64,000 nucleotides of DNA from Nitrospirota bacterium (lineage in GTDB: Bacteria; Nitrospirota; UBA9217), in contig CAVVUN010000003.1 of NCBI GenBank assembly GCA_963751455.1, forward strand, positions 64,001-128,000. The letters run 5' to 3'. Made by a program: the position numbers and the translations under genes. The notes beneath the pieces are model-generated. The model searched no databases. It was not told the DNA's origin and worked only from the letters and a program-made list of their open reading frames with translations. This document shows, in pieces, positions 30,407 through 42,241 of the stretch (position 1 is the stretch's first letter; each line of letters begins with the position of its first letter).

Positions 30407-32394
30407 TTTCCCAGCGCTTCCTTTGCTGCCTGTCGAACCGCACCGTCGGGATCATTATCGGCAATCCGCTCAAACAGGGATTCAGCTTTTGCGTCCCGTT
30501 TCCGCCTGGCGATCTCGATCGCAGCCTTTCTGACGCTCCAGTGCGAATCGGAGAGGCGTGCAATGACCGAGTCGCGGACTTTTTCCCAGCTATAGCTTGC
30601 AACCGCCGTCAGCACGGTCTTGCGAACTTCGGAATCTGCATGTTCGGAAAGCTTCAGAAGCGGCTCCAGCGCCTGCTCCGGCTTAAGCAGACCGATGACC
30701 TCGATGACGGCCAGAAGAAAAATGTCCGACGCCGTATCGAGGTGCTGAGCAAGCACTGCTCCTGCCCGTTCCGCGTTTAGCCGTCCGAGACCGCGCGCAG
30801 CCGCGGCCCTGACCCAGAGGTCCCTGTCTTGAAGCAGCGATATGAGCGCGTCCGCCGCCCCGCCGGTCCCGGCTTTTCCGAGCGCTTCAGCTGCGAGCAT
30901 ACGCACCTCCGGATCGTCGTCGGTTACTGCAAGCATGAGCGGACGATGCGCTTTCTCGGGCGGAAAATTGCCGAGCGCGTGAACGACCGCCTTCCGCACG
31001 TCGGATTCTTCATCCTTCAGAGCGAAGGCTAAGGCGTCGCCTGCCTTCCCGCTGGAAAAACTGCCGAGCAGTAGCGCTATGTTTTTCCGCATCGGCACGT
31101 CCCTGGACGTGAAGTCTTTCAGGAGTGGGTCGAGCACCGATTCATCCCCTATCGCGGCGAGGGCGCGGATGGCCGCCTCCTGAACGTTTTCATATTCATC
31201 GGTAAGCAGCTCAAGGAGCGAAGGTATGGCCTTTGTGCTCTTTTGACGGCCGAGGGCCTCTGCAGCCGTGCTCCTCACATGTCCGTTCTCATCTTGAAGC
31301 AGTTGCATCAGCGGTCCCTCTGCGTCCGCTCCCTGTGTGGCGCCGAGCACCCGCGCCACGGCACGCCTCAGCAACGCATTGTCATCTTTAAGATAGTCGA
31401 GAAGGACCGGCAGCATTTCCCTGCTGAGCGTGTTCAGGGCCAGGACTACCGGCTCTTCCATGTCTTCTTCTTTCAGGAGTGAAAGCAGTTTCCGAATAGA
31501 GCTTTCTTCACCGGTCCAGCCGAGCAGCATGATACATGCCTTTTGAAGCCCAATCCCGCTCGTCGTCAACATTTCTTCAACAAAATTAATGGTTTCCGGA
31601 CCGGCTTCGCCGCGCACTTTTTGTACCAACTCCGCCCGTTCCAGGGGCGTACTTTTCCGGTAAATCGCGGTGATCGCTATCGTCGAAACTTCGCGTACGA
31701 TCCTGAGCGGGTCTGAAAGGCCGCTGATGAGCGGACCCACGGTTTTGACATTTCCGATTTTGCCGAGAGACTCGAGGACCGGCTCCCGAAGGCTGCTTCG
31801 GCCAAGGGCCGCGATAAGCGCTTCAAGGGCGCGTTCGTCCCCGATTTCACCCAGCGCCTCGGCGGCCGCGTAATCAAGCCAGCCACGGTCGGACCGGCCA
31901 AGACACGTGAGCAGTGCGTCGACTGCGCGGCGATCCTTGATTTTGCCCAGTGCCTCGGCCGCTGCGACCCGGATGTTTTCGTCCGGATCATCGAGCCTGT
32001 GTATGAGCGAAGGGACAGCCCGGCGGTCCCTGATGTCGCCCAGGATGTCCACAATGAATTTGCACACATCGGAATCGGGTGTGTCGAGCGAAGACAGCAG
32101 CGGATTTACGGCTGCGGAGCCGATAAGAATGAGCGCCTCGATTGCGGAGTTGCGGGCGCCCGCATTGTCATGTGACGAAAGGGCTTGGATCAGATCCCGC
32201 AGTATGCCTTCGCCTGCCATGGATACAAGCGCCTCCACTGCGGTCTTCCGCACACGCCAATCCGTATCGCCGAGCGCATGCAAAAGGAGCGGCACGCCTT
32301 CTTTTCCGGCTAAACCCAGGTCAACGGCCGCTTCCCTGCGCGCTTCGGAATCCCGGCTCTGCAGTTTTTTTGCGAGTAATTCAATAGTCGGCAT
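30403..32394 (-). CDS. HEAT/PBS-lyase repeat protein
   Basis: Many LxDxxxxVRxxAAxALG repeats. Overlaps both cheW and cheR. Confidence 0.92.
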   Translation of the reverse strand: MPTIELLAKKLQSRDSEARREAAVDLGLAGKEGVPLLLHALGDTDWRVRKTAVEALVSMAGEGILRDLIQALSSHDNAGARNSAIEALILIGSAAVNPLLSSLDTPDSDVCKFIVDILGDIRDRRAVPSLIHRLDDPDENIRVAAAEALGKIKDRRAVDALLTCLGRSDRGWLDYAAAEALGEIGDERALEALIAALGRSSLREPVLESLGKIGNVKTVGPLISGLSDPLRIVREVSTIAITAIYRKSTPLERAELVQKVRGEAGPETINFVEEMLTTSGIGLQKACIMLLGWTGEESSIRKLLSLLKEEDMEEPVVLALNTLSREMLPVLLDYLKDDNALLRRAVARVLGATQGADAEGPLMQLLQDENGHVRSTAAEALGRQKSTKAIPSLLELLTDEYENVQEAAIRALAAIGDESVLDPLLKDFTSRDVPMRKNIALLLGSFSSGKAGDALAFALKDEESDVRKAVVHALGNFPPEKAHRPLMLAVTDDDPEVRMLAAEALGKAGTGGAADALISLLQDRDLWVRAAAARGLGRLNAERAGAVLAQHLDTASDIFLLAVIEVIGLLKPEQALEPLLKLSEHADSEVRKTVLTAVASYSWEKVRDSVIARLSDSHWSVRKAAIEIARRKRDAKAESLFERIADNDPDGAVRQAAKEALGK

Positions 32395-32899
32395 TGCCTG
32401 CCTCCACCAGGGCCGTCCGTTCCTGCTGGTTTAAAATCCGGCCTAAATCGAAAAGAATGATAAGACGGTCTGCCACCTTGCCCATGCCCTTGATAAAATC
32501 AGCGTTTCTGCCCGTCGCCCCGTGGGGTGCCTGCTCGATGTCTTTTTTCGGGATATGGATGACCTCGTCAACCCTGTCCACGACCAGGCCGAGGAGTCCG
32601 TGCTGTCCCTTGCTTGCCTGAAGCGCGCCGCGCGTGATAATCATCCGCCTCTTTCTCGGATCCTGGTCGGTCGCACTCCGTTCAAAGCGGTTTCTGAGAT
32701 CCACGACCGGAATAATAACGCCGCGAAGATTGACGACACCCTCGATGAAGGCAGGCATTTTCGGAAGCGCCGTTATTTTAAGCGGCCGTATTACCTCGGT
32801 TATGCAATTTATATCGAGTCCGTATTCCTCGGTGCCTACCTGGAACGTAACCAGCTGTACGGTGTCTTCAATCGTTGTCTTTTTTTCCTTTGTCTTCAT
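32381..32899 (-). CDS. cheW: Coupling protein CheW
   Basis: [34 protein letters not shown]. Confidence 0.93.
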   Translation of the reverse strand: MKTKEKKTTIEDTVQLVTFQVGTEEYGLDINCITEVIRPLKITALPKMPAFIEGVVNLRGVIIPVVDLRNRFERSATDQDPRKRRMIITRGALQASKGQHGLLGLVVDRVDEVIHIPKKDIEQAPHGATGRNADFIKGMGKVADRLIILFDLGRILNQQERTALVEAGNADY

Positions 32900-35061
32900 G
32901 CCTCACGCACCTGCCCGGTCGGCGCTGGAGCGGCCTTTGTCCTGAATTTATCTATTTCCTTCTTGAGCGTGCCGGATTGAGTCGTCATGACCTCCATGGA
33001 TATGGTGAGACCGGCGCCCAGGTCCGCATTGTCTTTTGCAATTTGCTTGATCCGGTCGATTGCCTTAACGATGTGATCGCTGCCCGCCTGCACCTCCTCG
33101 CTGGCCCTGTTTACCATGCCGATTTTGGTGCTGATATTTTCGACCGCGTGAGTAATATCCCTGCTTGCCCGCTCCTGTTCCTCGGTGGAGGTTTTGACAA
33201 AGCGGGTCAAGTCGCGCATTTTTTCCGCGGCCCGGATAATCTGCTCGCTTCCGGTCTTTTGCTCGCTGGTCGCACGGGCGATTTTGTGCGCCAAATCGTT
33301 TATCTGTGTCATTGCCTCGCTTACCTGCTTGATCCCGCGGGCCTGTTCGATCGCGGCCTTATTGATACTCTTGCTCATGTCACGGGACGTTTCGGCCCGT
33401 TCCAGGATCTTCTTCAAGGCAGTTCGCGCGTCGCCCGCAAGGCCCACTCCTTCTGCTACGATGGAGACACCCTCCTTCATGGCCTCGACGGCTTCACGGG
33501 ATTCCGTCTGGACGCTCGTTATGAGCGTTCCGATCTCTTTCGTTGACGCGGCCGTTCGGTTTGCGAGTTCACGGATCTCAGATGCGACCACGGCAAAACC
33601 CTTGCCGTGTTCGCCGGCCTGTGCCGCAAGGATTGCGGCGTTCAGGGCCAGCAGCCCGGTCTGGTCCGTAATATCTTCGATAACCGTCAGGATGCCGCCG
33701 ATGCTCTCCGCCCGCTCGCCGAGACGGTTGACCACCTCGGCGGTCCGACGGGCGTTCATGTCGATGCGGCCCATCCCTTCTATCGTTTTTTCAATCGAAC
33801 CCATGCCGATCATGCGCGCATCCGCAGCAACAGCCTCCGCGACGGACGCGGACTGGCCGGCCGTTGCTTCCACTTCTTTTACCGAAGCGCTGATCTCGAT
33901 CGACGACGACGAGGTCTGTTCGGCCGCGGCTGAGAGAACTTCCACATTATCGGCGATCTGTCGGATGGCAGCAGACATCTGGCTGATGGCGCTTGACGTC
34001 TCCTCGATCGAGGCGGCCAGCTCCGACATCGTCTTGGCGACTTCACTGACCGACGCGGCCATTTGAATCACGGACGATGATGTACGCTCGGATGTCACGG
34101 TGAGGTCTTCCATATTGCCGCCGATTTCCTTCAGCGAAAAATGCATTTCGTTGACCGATGACGCCGCTTCATCCACCGACTCGGATTGGACCCGGCTGCC
34201 CGAGCTGATTTTTGAAGATATCTCCCTGACCTCGTTCCAGACCGACTCTGCATTCAGTGCAGCCGTCGATACGTTGCCGACCATGCCCTTGAGGCCTATA
34301 ATCATGCGGTTCAGCCCGCGTCCCAGCATCCCAAGCTCATCCACGGTCTTTACCCTCACGCTCTGAGTGAGGTCTCCGCCGGCAATGTTCAAAACGATAT
34401 GGACTGCTTCGTTGGTCGGGGCAATGATCATCCAGCGTACCATCAGGTGAATGACACCCGACAGGATCACCACCATAACAACGCTTCCGCCGACGAGCAG
34501 CAGCGCCTGCTTCCATGCCTCTCGTCTCGCACCCGCTTTCGAAAAACCTATGGTGACCAACCCTATCTTCCTGTTATCGATGACAATGTCCGACTTCGTC
34601 TCAATAATATCCAGTTTATCCTTCGCCGTCCCTGCAACAACGGCGACATCTTCCTGGTTTATCACGTTCAGGAGAGCGGCCATTGCCGTATCAGACCGGT
34701 TGAAGCTGACGGCTGCCGTATTCAGGACTCTGTTTCCATCGTCCGCAATATAGGCGTACAGTATGTCGGGTGACTTTCCGGCTTCGGCAACGAGACCATC
34801 AAGGATCAGTATCTCCTTCATTAAAAGAGCGTCCGTCCCCGCTTTTCCCAGAAAAAGACCCAGTTCTCTTCCCCGTGTTTCTATAGCCTGGTATTGACGT
34901 TCAATCAGCATGTTGGCGAAAAACAGGGTCCCCAGCACCATGAAACCGGAAATCACGGCAGTCAGCGCAAAGACGAATTTGAGCCCCATGCTGGCTTCGA
35001 TCTTTTTCTTAAGCGGCAATGCCGCTATCATTTCCTTGATCCTTCTCATTCCCTGCTCCAT
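32896..35061 (-). CDS. Methyl-accepting chemotaxis protein (2 TM, periplasmic sensor, HAMP, extended signalling domain)
   Basis: [38 protein letters not shown]. Confidence 0.95.
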   Translation of the reverse strand: MEQGMRRIKEMIAALPLKKKIEASMGLKFVFALTAVISGFMVLGTLFFANMLIERQYQAIETRGRELGLFLGKAGTDALLMKEILILDGLVAEAGKSPDILYAYIADDGNRVLNTAAVSFNRSDTAMAALLNVINQEDVAVVAGTAKDKLDIIETKSDIVIDNRKIGLVTIGFSKAGARREAWKQALLLVGGSVVMVVILSGVIHLMVRWMIIAPTNEAVHIVLNIAGGDLTQSVRVKTVDELGMLGRGLNRMIIGLKGMVGNVSTAALNAESVWNEVREISSKISSGSRVQSESVDEAASSVNEMHFSLKEIGGNMEDLTVTSERTSSSVIQMAASVSEVAKTMSELAASIEETSSAISQMSAAIRQIADNVEVLSAAAEQTSSSSIEISASVKEVEATAGQSASVAEAVAADARMIGMGSIEKTIEGMGRIDMNARRTAEVVNRLGERAESIGGILTVIEDITDQTGLLALNAAILAAQAGEHGKGFAVVASEIRELANRTAASTKEIGTLITSVQTESREAVEAMKEGVSIVAEGVGLAGDARTALKKILERAETSRDMSKSINKAAIEQARGIKQVSEAMTQINDLAHKIARATSEQKTGSEQIIRAAEKMRDLTRFVKTSTEEQERASRDITHAVENISTKIGMVNRASEEVQAGSDHIVKAIDRIKQIAKDNADLGAGLTISMEVMTTQSGTLKKEIDKFRTKAAPAPTGQVREA

Positions 35062-35102
35062 TTAACGTGAAACAAACCATACGACCCGGATGCGGCAGCC
35101 GC

Positions 35103-37118
35103 TTAGCCGTTGAAGGCTGACCCGTTTCCGCCTGTTATCCCGGCAATCTCGCTGTTCAGCAGGGCCACCTGCTCTGCGAGCGTCTTGGCTGCGGCTGCCA
35201 TTACTTCCGCCCGCTTCTCGTTTTGCCGGGGCAGCTCCTGGAGACGCTGCACGGACTCAACCATCTCCACGCTTACTGCTCGCTGCTCCCCGGTGGCGGC
35301 GGCTATCGTGCCGGCTCGTGCCGTAACATTCTCGGCTGCCTCTGCGATTTGCTTGCCGCCCACCCCCTGTTCCGATATGGCCTTACTGACACCCCTTGCG
35401 ATATCGCGCATTGCTTCCCCCGCGTTCAGGATCATCTCGGTTCCTTTGATCTGGGCCTGCGTGGCCTGCGCAATCTGGTTCATCATCTGCTTGACGTTGA
35501 CGATTGACTCGCTTACCTGCTTTACCCCCCGGGACTGCTCGATCATTGCGCGCTCAATCCTGTTTGCTGTTTCGGCCGAGCGATCGGAACTTGCCACGAT
35601 CTTGCCGATCGCACCGGCCGCTTCCTGCGATCGCGAGACGCCGTCTTCAACCGCGACCATACTCTCGTTCATGGCCTCTACCGCTTCCCTTGTCTCTTTC
35701 TGCACCGAGGCAATGAGTTTCGCGATGTCCTGGGCCGAACCTGCTGTCCGGTCCGCGAGCGCCTTGATCTCTTCCGCGACGACAGCAAATCCTCTCCCGT
35801 GTTCGCCCGCCTGGGCTGCAAGAATGGAGGCGTTGAGCGCGAGCAGGTTCGTCCTTTCGGTCACCTCTACGATTACTCCCAGAATCTTGCCTATCTCCTC
35901 CGACCGTTTGCCGAGTCCAGCCATGACGCCCGAGTAGCGTGCGACGGAGTCCCTGATCCTCTGGACGGCGCCGGTGATTTTCTCGATTGATCCGACGCCG
36001 ATTTCGCGCGCGTCGATCGACACTTGCTGCGACAGCTTTGCCGATTCCTTTGCTGCCTGCTCCACCTCCCGCACGGTAGCCTCGATTTCAATCGCGGAAG
36101 AGGAAGTCTCCTCGGCCGCGGATGAAAGGGTGTCGACATAGCCCGCGACTTCCCGTATGGATGCAATCATTTCCGTAACCGAGGTGGTCACGTCTTCAAC
36201 CGAGGAAGTAAGCTCCTCCGTTTGGCGGCTGACCTCCATGTTCGAGGCATTCATCTGAAGGATAGCGGATGAGGTCTTCTCGGCCGACACGGACAGGCTT
36301 TCCGCGCTCTCGGCCGCGGACCGGAGGGAGGACGTTATTTTCCCGGCTGAAGACGATACGCCGGCCATAGTGTTTGCATGTGACCGGGTGTTTTGCCTGA
36401 GCCCGTCCGTTTCTTCTGTGATACAGGGGCCCACCTGATTTATGCGGCCCGCGATTGCGCCCATGCCGGAAACAAACCTCTCGAGGCGTTCTATCAGGAG
36501 ATTAACTCCCTTTGCAAGGGCGCCGATTTCATCCTGTGTTCGCGTCGGCAGGCGCCGGGCGAATTCCCTTCGCTCGAGAATGTCGCCGAGAGTCGCTTCC
36601 AGTTCCCGGAGAGGTCCCGTTACTGTTTTTGAAACCGCGACCGAGAGAATGACTGCAAGGATCAGGAAAATAAAAAAGTGCTCGATTACCGTGTTTACCA
36701 GTGCGGACCTGAGCGCCGCTTCAAGACCGGCGGGGTAGACCGAGACGCGAATTTCACCGAGCTTTGCCTGGTTGGAAAGGATCGGGAACGCAGCCGCGAC
36801 AACGCGCTCCTGCTCCAGCGCCGGCTTTGCGGCCCGTGCCACTTCTCTTCCGGCGCTGTCGCTGATCGTTACTTCCTGCAGATCGGACAGGTTTATGAGA
36901 TTTCCGGCTAGATTCTGGAGGCCGCTCACGTCCGAGGTCATCAGAAGAGGCGCGGCAAGTTCCGAAGCGATTTTGCAAAGTTCATCGCCGCGTAATCCGG
37001 CGCCTTCATGAATTGCCCGTTTTTCGAGGATATAACGGCAAGCGCCGAGAACGGTCACGGTGGCAAACAGCCCCAAGAAAATGAAAATGAGCAGCCGCTG
37101 TTTCACGCCGATTTGCAT
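35103..37118 (-). CDS. Methyl-accepting chemotaxis protein (2 TM, small periplasmic domain, HAMP, extended signalling domain)
   Basis: [45 protein letters not shown] before ATG 37118. Confidence 0.95.
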   Translation of the reverse strand: MQIGVKQRLLIFIFLGLFATVTVLGACRYILEKRAIHEGAGLRGDELCKIASELAAPLLMTSDVSGLQNLAGNLINLSDLQEVTISDSAGREVARAAKPALEQERVVAAAFPILSNQAKLGEIRVSVYPAGLEAALRSALVNTVIEHFFIFLILAVILSVAVSKTVTGPLRELEATLGDILERREFARRLPTRTQDEIGALAKGVNLLIERLERFVSGMGAIAGRINQVGPCITEETDGLRQNTRSHANTMAGVSSSAGKITSSLRSAAESAESLSVSAEKTSSAILQMNASNMEVSRQTEELTSSVEDVTTSVTEMIASIREVAGYVDTLSSAAEETSSSAIEIEATVREVEQAAKESAKLSQQVSIDAREIGVGSIEKITGAVQRIRDSVARYSGVMAGLGKRSEEIGKILGVIVEVTERTNLLALNASILAAQAGEHGRGFAVVAEEIKALADRTAGSAQDIAKLIASVQKETREAVEAMNESMVAVEDGVSRSQEAAGAIGKIVASSDRSAETANRIERAMIEQSRGVKQVSESIVNVKQMMNQIAQATQAQIKGTEMILNAGEAMRDIARGVSKAISEQGVGGKQIAEAAENVTARAGTIAAATGEQRAVSVEMVESVQRLQELPRQNEKRAEVMAAAAKTLAEQVALLNSEIAGITGGNGSAFNG

Positions 37119-37182
37119 GTATTCTCCTGAGTGGAGCCCCCTCGGGCAGGAGCCGGAGGCTCCTTTAATAACGCGACCTCCC

Positions 37183-37213
37183 GCCTGCACCCAGCGTTAG
37201 CGGGAGTGCAGGG
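37183..37213. repeat. GCCTGCAC..GTGCAGG short palindromic element, copy 1
   Basis: gcctgcacccagcgttagcgggagtgcaggg; relatives at 56048 and 60387. Confidence 0.55.
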
Positions 37214-37266
37214 CGCGGGATTCAGCGCCGGAAACGGCAAGCGGTCACTCTTATCGACGCGGATCG

Positions 37267-39360
37267 TCAAATTTTAAATCCTTCGAGGTCCGCTCGAAGC
37301 GCATCTGCCTGTGCCTTGAGCGACTGGACCGCCATATCCATTTCAATGGACACGTCGACCACCTCTTGAGTGATTGTTTGAATCTTTCCGACAGCGTCGC
37401 TGATATGCTGCGTTCCGATGCTCTGCTCGGCCGTAGATTTGGCTATCCTGGCCGCCTGTCCTTTTACTGATTCAACCGCATTCGCTATCTGTCTTCCGCC
37501 CTTGGTCTGCTCCTGGGTCGCCGATTTCACCTGCCGGGTGATCTCAAGCATTCGTTCAGCAGCCTGCCCGATCCGTTCGCTGCCGCTGCGCTGTTCCTGC
37601 ATTGCACGGGCGATCTGCTCGATCTCACTCGCTATACTTGACGAAGACTCCGTGATCTGCGCCACACCCCGCGCCTGTTCCGCGGTGGTTTTTTCGATGG
37701 ACCTCGCCATCTCGGCTGACTGGCGTGAGCTGTCGGCCACCTGCTGCAGTACGTCGTTGGTTACATTCACCAGGGTAAAACCTTCTTCGACTGCCTTAAT
37801 TCCGCGCGCCATGGCCTGCACGCTCTGGGAGGTCTCTTCCCTGACCGTGTTGATCAGTCCTGATATTTCCTGGGTGGAGGCTGCCGTTCGCTCGGCCAGT
37901 TCCTTGATTTCCTCGGCCACGACGGCAAATCCTTTGCCGTGCTCGCCAGCCTGCGCAGCCAGTATTGCAGCATTGAGCGCAAGCAGGCTGGTCTGGTCGG
38001 TTACTTCATCAATCACCTTCAGGATCTGGCCGATCTCCTGCGACCGCTTGCCCAGCCTGTTCACCACGTCCGCAGTTGCTTCAACAGTTTCCTTGATGTT
38101 CTTCATGCCTTTGATTGCGGCGCTTGCGGCGGTGATTCCGCGATTGGACGCCTCAGAGGAAACTTTTTCTGCCAGCTGGGCCGCTTCGAGCGCCCGCTGT
38201 TCCACTTCCTTGACCGATGAACTCATTTCGGTGATCGACGCTGAAGTCTGCTCTGCGGATGCCGAAAGTGTTTCCGTGTTCTCGGATACCTGCTTGATCG
38301 AAGCAAGCATTTGCTCGATGGATGCAGCAGTGTCTTCAGCTGCGGTCGAAAGGGCAACTGCATTTCGCGCGACCTCTTCTATCGACGATGCCATTTCTGC
38401 GGCAGAGGAGGAGGCGTCCGTGGCCGCACGCGACATCTCTTCCGCATTCTCGGCCACGCCTTTGATCGAAGCGGTCATCTCACTTACCGTCATGGCTGTC
38501 TGTTCGGTTGCCTCCTGCTGCACCCGGGCGCCCTGGCTCATCTTGAGAGTGGCGTTGCCCATCATCGTCGTGGCTTCCGCGAGGCTGGCTCCGGTCTGCT
38601 TGATCTTACCGAGCATCTCACGGAGATTTGACGACATGGTATTGATTGCGGCGCCAAGGGCTGCAATTTCGGTTTCTCCCCTGGCAGCGATGTCGCGGGA
38701 CAGATCTCCCGCCGCCATCCCCGCCGCCGTGGTTGACATTTCAGTGATAGGACGCGATATTCCCCGGTCGACGAAAATGTAGACGAGTACGGTCGCCACC
38801 AGGAAACTTATGAGCGAAACCAGCAGCGACGAAACCAGCAGGCTGCGAACATGCGCGTTAACGGCGCTTTCCTTCAGTGCTATCCGGAAAACACCCAGTT
38901 GTTTGCCGTCAACGCTCATGAGCGGAATCACTTTTTCATAATGTCCGCCGGACTGATCGGAATAGGAATGGACGATCGGGCCCCGCGCGGCAAGTGATAT
39001 TTTCGTTGCGCCGTCAGTCAGCACGGTCGTTTCAAGGCCCTTGTTGCTCGAATAGAGCACCCGGCCCTCCATATCTACGACCATGATCCGCGAAATGTCC
39101 TTGTCTTCTTCGACCAGGGCCTGCAGCTTTTCGCTCATGCCTTCGAGGGCGTTCAAGGGAAGGCCGAACCCTATTGCCTTGTTGATATCCTTCTTGATTC
39201 CTTCAGCCAGCGCGGCTGTCCGTGCGATGAGCGCTTCCCGGTATTTGCTGGTGGTGGCATAGATATTGGTCAGCGTATTGAAAACAAACACGAGAAAAAG
39301 AATCGCCGCCGTCGCCATTACGGCACGGGTCTTCAGGTTCATTCTCGAGAGAATATTCAT
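37267..39360 (-). CDS. Methyl-accepting chemotaxis protein (2 TM, Cache-like sensor, HAMP, extended signalling domain)
   Basis: [30 protein letters not shown] 39360 overlaps the TGA of the binding-protein gene (ATGA). Confidence 0.95.
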   Translation of the reverse strand: MNILSRMNLKTRAVMATAAILFLVFVFNTLTNIYATTSKYREALIARTAALAEGIKKDINKAIGFGLPLNALEGMSEKLQALVEEDKDISRIMVVDMEGRVLYSSNKGLETTVLTDGATKISLAARGPIVHSYSDQSGGHYEKVIPLMSVDGKQLGVFRIALKESAVNAHVRSLLVSSLLVSLISFLVATVLVYIFVDRGISRPITEMSTTAAGMAAGDLSRDIAARGETEIAALGAAINTMSSNLREMLGKIKQTGASLAEATTMMGNATLKMSQGARVQQEATEQTAMTVSEMTASIKGVAENAEEMSRAATDASSSAAEMASSIEEVARNAVALSTAAEDTAASIEQMLASIKQVSENTETLSASAEQTSASITEMSSSVKEVEQRALEAAQLAEKVSSEASNRGITAASAAIKGMKNIKETVEATADVVNRLGKRSQEIGQILKVIDEVTDQTSLLALNAAILAAQAGEHGKGFAVVAEEIKELAERTAASTQEISGLINTVREETSQSVQAMARGIKAVEEGFTLVNVTNDVLQQVADSSRQSAEMARSIEKTTAEQARGVAQITESSSSIASEIEQIARAMQEQRSGSERIGQAAERMLEITRQVKSATQEQTKGGRQIANAVESVKGQAARIAKSTAEQSIGTQHISDAVGKIQTITQEVVDVSIEMDMAVQSLKAQADALRADLEGFKI

Positions 39361-40286
39361 TTGATCACCCTCGTGGCGTCCGTGATCAGGTCCATCGGCA
39401 CTTTCATGCCGAGCGAGTTCGCCTCTTTGAGATTGAGCACGAGCTCGACCATTTTGGGGACCTCGCATGGAATGCTTGCCGCGCTTTCTCCTCTGAGGAG
39501 CCGGGCTGCGAACCGGGCTGCCGTCTCCCCCTGTTCCGTGGGGCTCGGCGCGAGACTGAGGATGACGCCTTTGTCCGAGGTGCCGCCGGTCTGGCTTATC
39601 GTCGGGATCTTCGCAGCATGCGCGGCTTTTACGATGATGTCGAGAGATTCATTTACTGCGGAGCTGGCTGAAATGAAGACCGCGTCGGCCTTTCCCGAAA
39701 ACACCAGTTTGCGGACATCGTCCGACTTTCTGATCGGCATGCGAACCGCCTGGAACCCGTATTGTCCTTCGAGCTGGGTGAGCTCTTCCGCCTGCCGTAC
39801 CGAGTCGCTCTCTGATTCATTGTAGATCACCGCAAGCCTGCTGAACTGCATCAGCTTGCGCAGGTACTTGAGCAGGCTGCTCATGGGCACCTTGGAACTG
39901 ATGCCGGTGAGGTTCCGGGCTGATACGCCGATGGATCCCGGATCGTACACTCCAGCGTATACGATCGGAATATTCCTGGTTTCCTTGATTGCAGACAATG
40001 CGGAAGGGGCTCCGTAGGTGACCAGGACGTTTACCTCGGCCACCGTCAGTTTTCGGGCGGCATTCGTCCAGGAAAGCGTATCGGGTGACGGCATCTGCAG
40101 CAACGTGTCCACCTTGCGGTGGTCAAACCCCTCTTTGACGAGGGACGTCGCAAAAGCCTTGTGTATTTCCTGGTAATACCCGATATTTCCGGACATGATA
40201 ACGCCCACCGTCTTGTCCGCGGCCGCAGCAGCAGAGGCGTAGAGAACCAGAACGGCGGCTACTATCCAGCTTGATCGTCTCATCAT
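39357..40286 (-). CDS. Periplasmic ABC-type substrate-binding protein (ABC_sub_bind-like), with no transporter nearby
   Basis: Signal peptide, [43 protein letters not shown]. Confidence 0.85.
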   Translation of the reverse strand: MMRRSSWIVAAVLVLYASAAAAADKTVGVIMSGNIGYYQEIHKAFATSLVKEGFDHRKVDTLLQMPSPDTLSWTNAARKLTVAEVNVLVTYGAPSALSAIKETRNIPIVYAGVYDPGSIGVSARNLTGISSKVPMSSLLKYLRKLMQFSRLAVIYNESESDSVRQAEELTQLEGQYGFQAVRMPIRKSDDVRKLVFSGKADAVFISASSAVNESLDIIVKAAHAAKIPTISQTGGTSDKGVILSLAPSPTEQGETAARFAARLLRGESAASIPCEVPKMVELVLNLKEANSLGMKVPMDLITDATRVIK

Positions 40287-40293
40287 TCCTCCC

Positions 40294-42228
40294 CTACCAC
40301 TTCATGGACAGAGTGGCTAGCACCGTTCTCACCATGCCGTCCTGTGTATTGTCCGACTGATCGTCGAATTTGCGGTACTGGTACCTGATTTCGCTCGCAA
40401 TATCTGCGGCATGCTGCACTGCAAGCCCCGCGGTATAAACCGTATCGATGGCCTTCATATTCGATAATTGCGCAATGCCTGCCGTGTTCGGTACCGAACC
40501 GGAAATATCGAGGTCACCCCGCAGGGAGCTCCGGTCGGCCGAAGCGGTGAAATTGACTGCCTGCATCGGCGCCACGGTCACGGACACCGAACCCGTGTGT
40601 GCGACATCGGCATACGGAACTCCCGGCTCAAACAGAATACCGTTTGTTGCCGCATCCCGGTAATTGATCGTTTGTTCTACTTTGTTTTTCAGCAGCGAGT
40701 AGGCGAGCGTGATCGAGGAGTTGCTGCCTGCAAGCATCGTGAAGCTCGCAAACGCCTGGTCGCGCTCGGCCTCTCTGCTCCCGCCCGCGAGGGGAGCGCT
40801 CAATTCATCGCGTGATTCACGAACAGCGCTGTAGTTCAGCAGGGTATTGAACCGGGATGAGGCGATCCAGTTTATGGACGCCGCGGCGCGGTTGCCTTTG
40901 TCGGGGTCCGTATTGTAAGCCGGGTTCTCCACGGTCGTTTGACTGTACTCCGCCCGCACGTTCACCCTGTTCATGGCCCGGTATGTCAGACTCAGCTTGC
41001 CGGTCGCTTTTGTCGTGCTCTCGGGCAGGTCCCAGAAGGCTTGAGCATTCGCAGGCGGCGCTGAAAGCAAGGAGCCGAGGTCGCCCCTTTCGCGTTCCGT
41101 CGTATCGGTCGAGTATTCGCCCCTGGCCGTCAGGCGGTCCGTTATCCGGTACCGGACGGTTCCGCTTACAATGTCCCTTGTCGAATTAATCGCATGACGG
41201 ACATTGACCAGCGTGGACCCTCCGGGAGTAATATTGAATACGGTTGCAGGGCCGGCCGTATCGATGACGAAGTTCCTGTATTTAACGATTACGGCCAGGC
41301 TGTTAAACGGCATATAGAAAAGATCTCCGCCGCCGTTTCTGAAGTTTACCGTGGCTCCGCTGTCCTCATTCTTTTTATCGCCGCCGGTATAAGTGCCTGC
41401 CAGCACCACCCTGCCCTCGTAGGAGGTATGCAGCTTTACCGTGTCCGACGAGGACCGAAGTTCGGGAACCAGATTATGCGGAACAGGCGTTGTGGAAGGA
41501 GGATATACGTTCTCGAGCACCTTGTCGGACTTGGCTTCAAATATCTTTTCCATATGGCTGTAATCGACTTCAATCGGTCCCAGGTGGCTGTTTGCGCCGA
41601 CGCGGACCTCCTGCGTATTCCAGTCTATGTCTCGCGATTGCGAAATCTTGCTGAGGCCGCCGTTTGAAGCCAGGAACCGCTGCTGGATCGTTCCTTCGCG
41701 TTCAACTGTCCTGACCTCCGCATATATATGGAACGGAAAATCCGGAGTTTTAAAACGGACAAATACCCTGCGTAGCCGGTTTTCCGCGCCGTACAAATCC
41801 TCCGGATTGAGGTCCGTAAAGCTGGGAGATCCGGTGGCGGGGTCGTCGGTGCCGAAGCTGTAGTGGTTCAGGTTATGGAACAAGGCCCGCGTGTACAAGT
41901 TGATGAGTACAACGTCCCTGAACGCGTAATCGAATTCCCCAAAATAGTCCTTGGAATTCAGAAAGTAGGATTCCAACACGAAGCGCTGCGGCAGCGGATC
42001 CCATTCCACATCAAACACGCCCATCGGCGCCGACTTGATGAAATCATACTCGCCCGCGATAGGGTTGCCGTCCTGACTGATGGAGCGGTACCCCAGGCCG
42101 ATGCGGCCGTCGAATTTCTCGGAGTCCGTCGCTTTCGGCTCCGCGGTCTTAACGCCGGAGTCCTGTTGTGCAATGGCCGGGGAGACCCAAAGCATGAGCA
42201 CAATCAATAAAAGCGTAACTTTTTTCAT
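40294..42228 (-). CDS. MtrB/PioB-like outer-membrane beta-barrel (cytochrome conduit porin)
   Basis: 644 aa, signal peptide, alternating amphipathic strands, C-terminal aromatic (ATLSMKW), directly downstream of the decaheme. Confidence 0.8.
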   Translation of the reverse strand: MKKVTLLLIVLMLWVSPAIAQQDSGVKTAEPKATDSEKFDGRIGLGYRSISQDGNPIAGEYDFIKSAPMGVFDVEWDPLPQRFVLESYFLNSKDYFGEFDYAFRDVVLINLYTRALFHNLNHYSFGTDDPATGSPSFTDLNPEDLYGAENRLRRVFVRFKTPDFPFHIYAEVRTVEREGTIQQRFLASNGGLSKISQSRDIDWNTQEVRVGANSHLGPIEVDYSHMEKIFEAKSDKVLENVYPPSTTPVPHNLVPELRSSSDTVKLHTSYEGRVVLAGTYTGGDKKNEDSGATVNFRNGGGDLFYMPFNSLAVIVKYRNFVIDTAGPATVFNITPGGSTLVNVRHAINSTRDIVSGTVRYRITDRLTARGEYSTDTTERERGDLGSLLSAPPANAQAFWDLPESTTKATGKLSLTYRAMNRVNVRAEYSQTTVENPAYNTDPDKGNRAAASINWIASSRFNTLLNYSAVRESRDELSAPLAGGSREAERDQAFASFTMLAGSNSSITLAYSLLKNKVEQTINYRDAATNGILFEPGVPYADVAHTGSVSVTVAPMQAVNFTASADRSSLRGDLDISGSVPNTAGIAQLSNMKAIDTVYTAGLAVQHAADIASEIRYQYRKFDDQSDNTQDGMVRTVLATLSMKW

Positions 42229-42241
42229 ATTCGAGCCTCCT

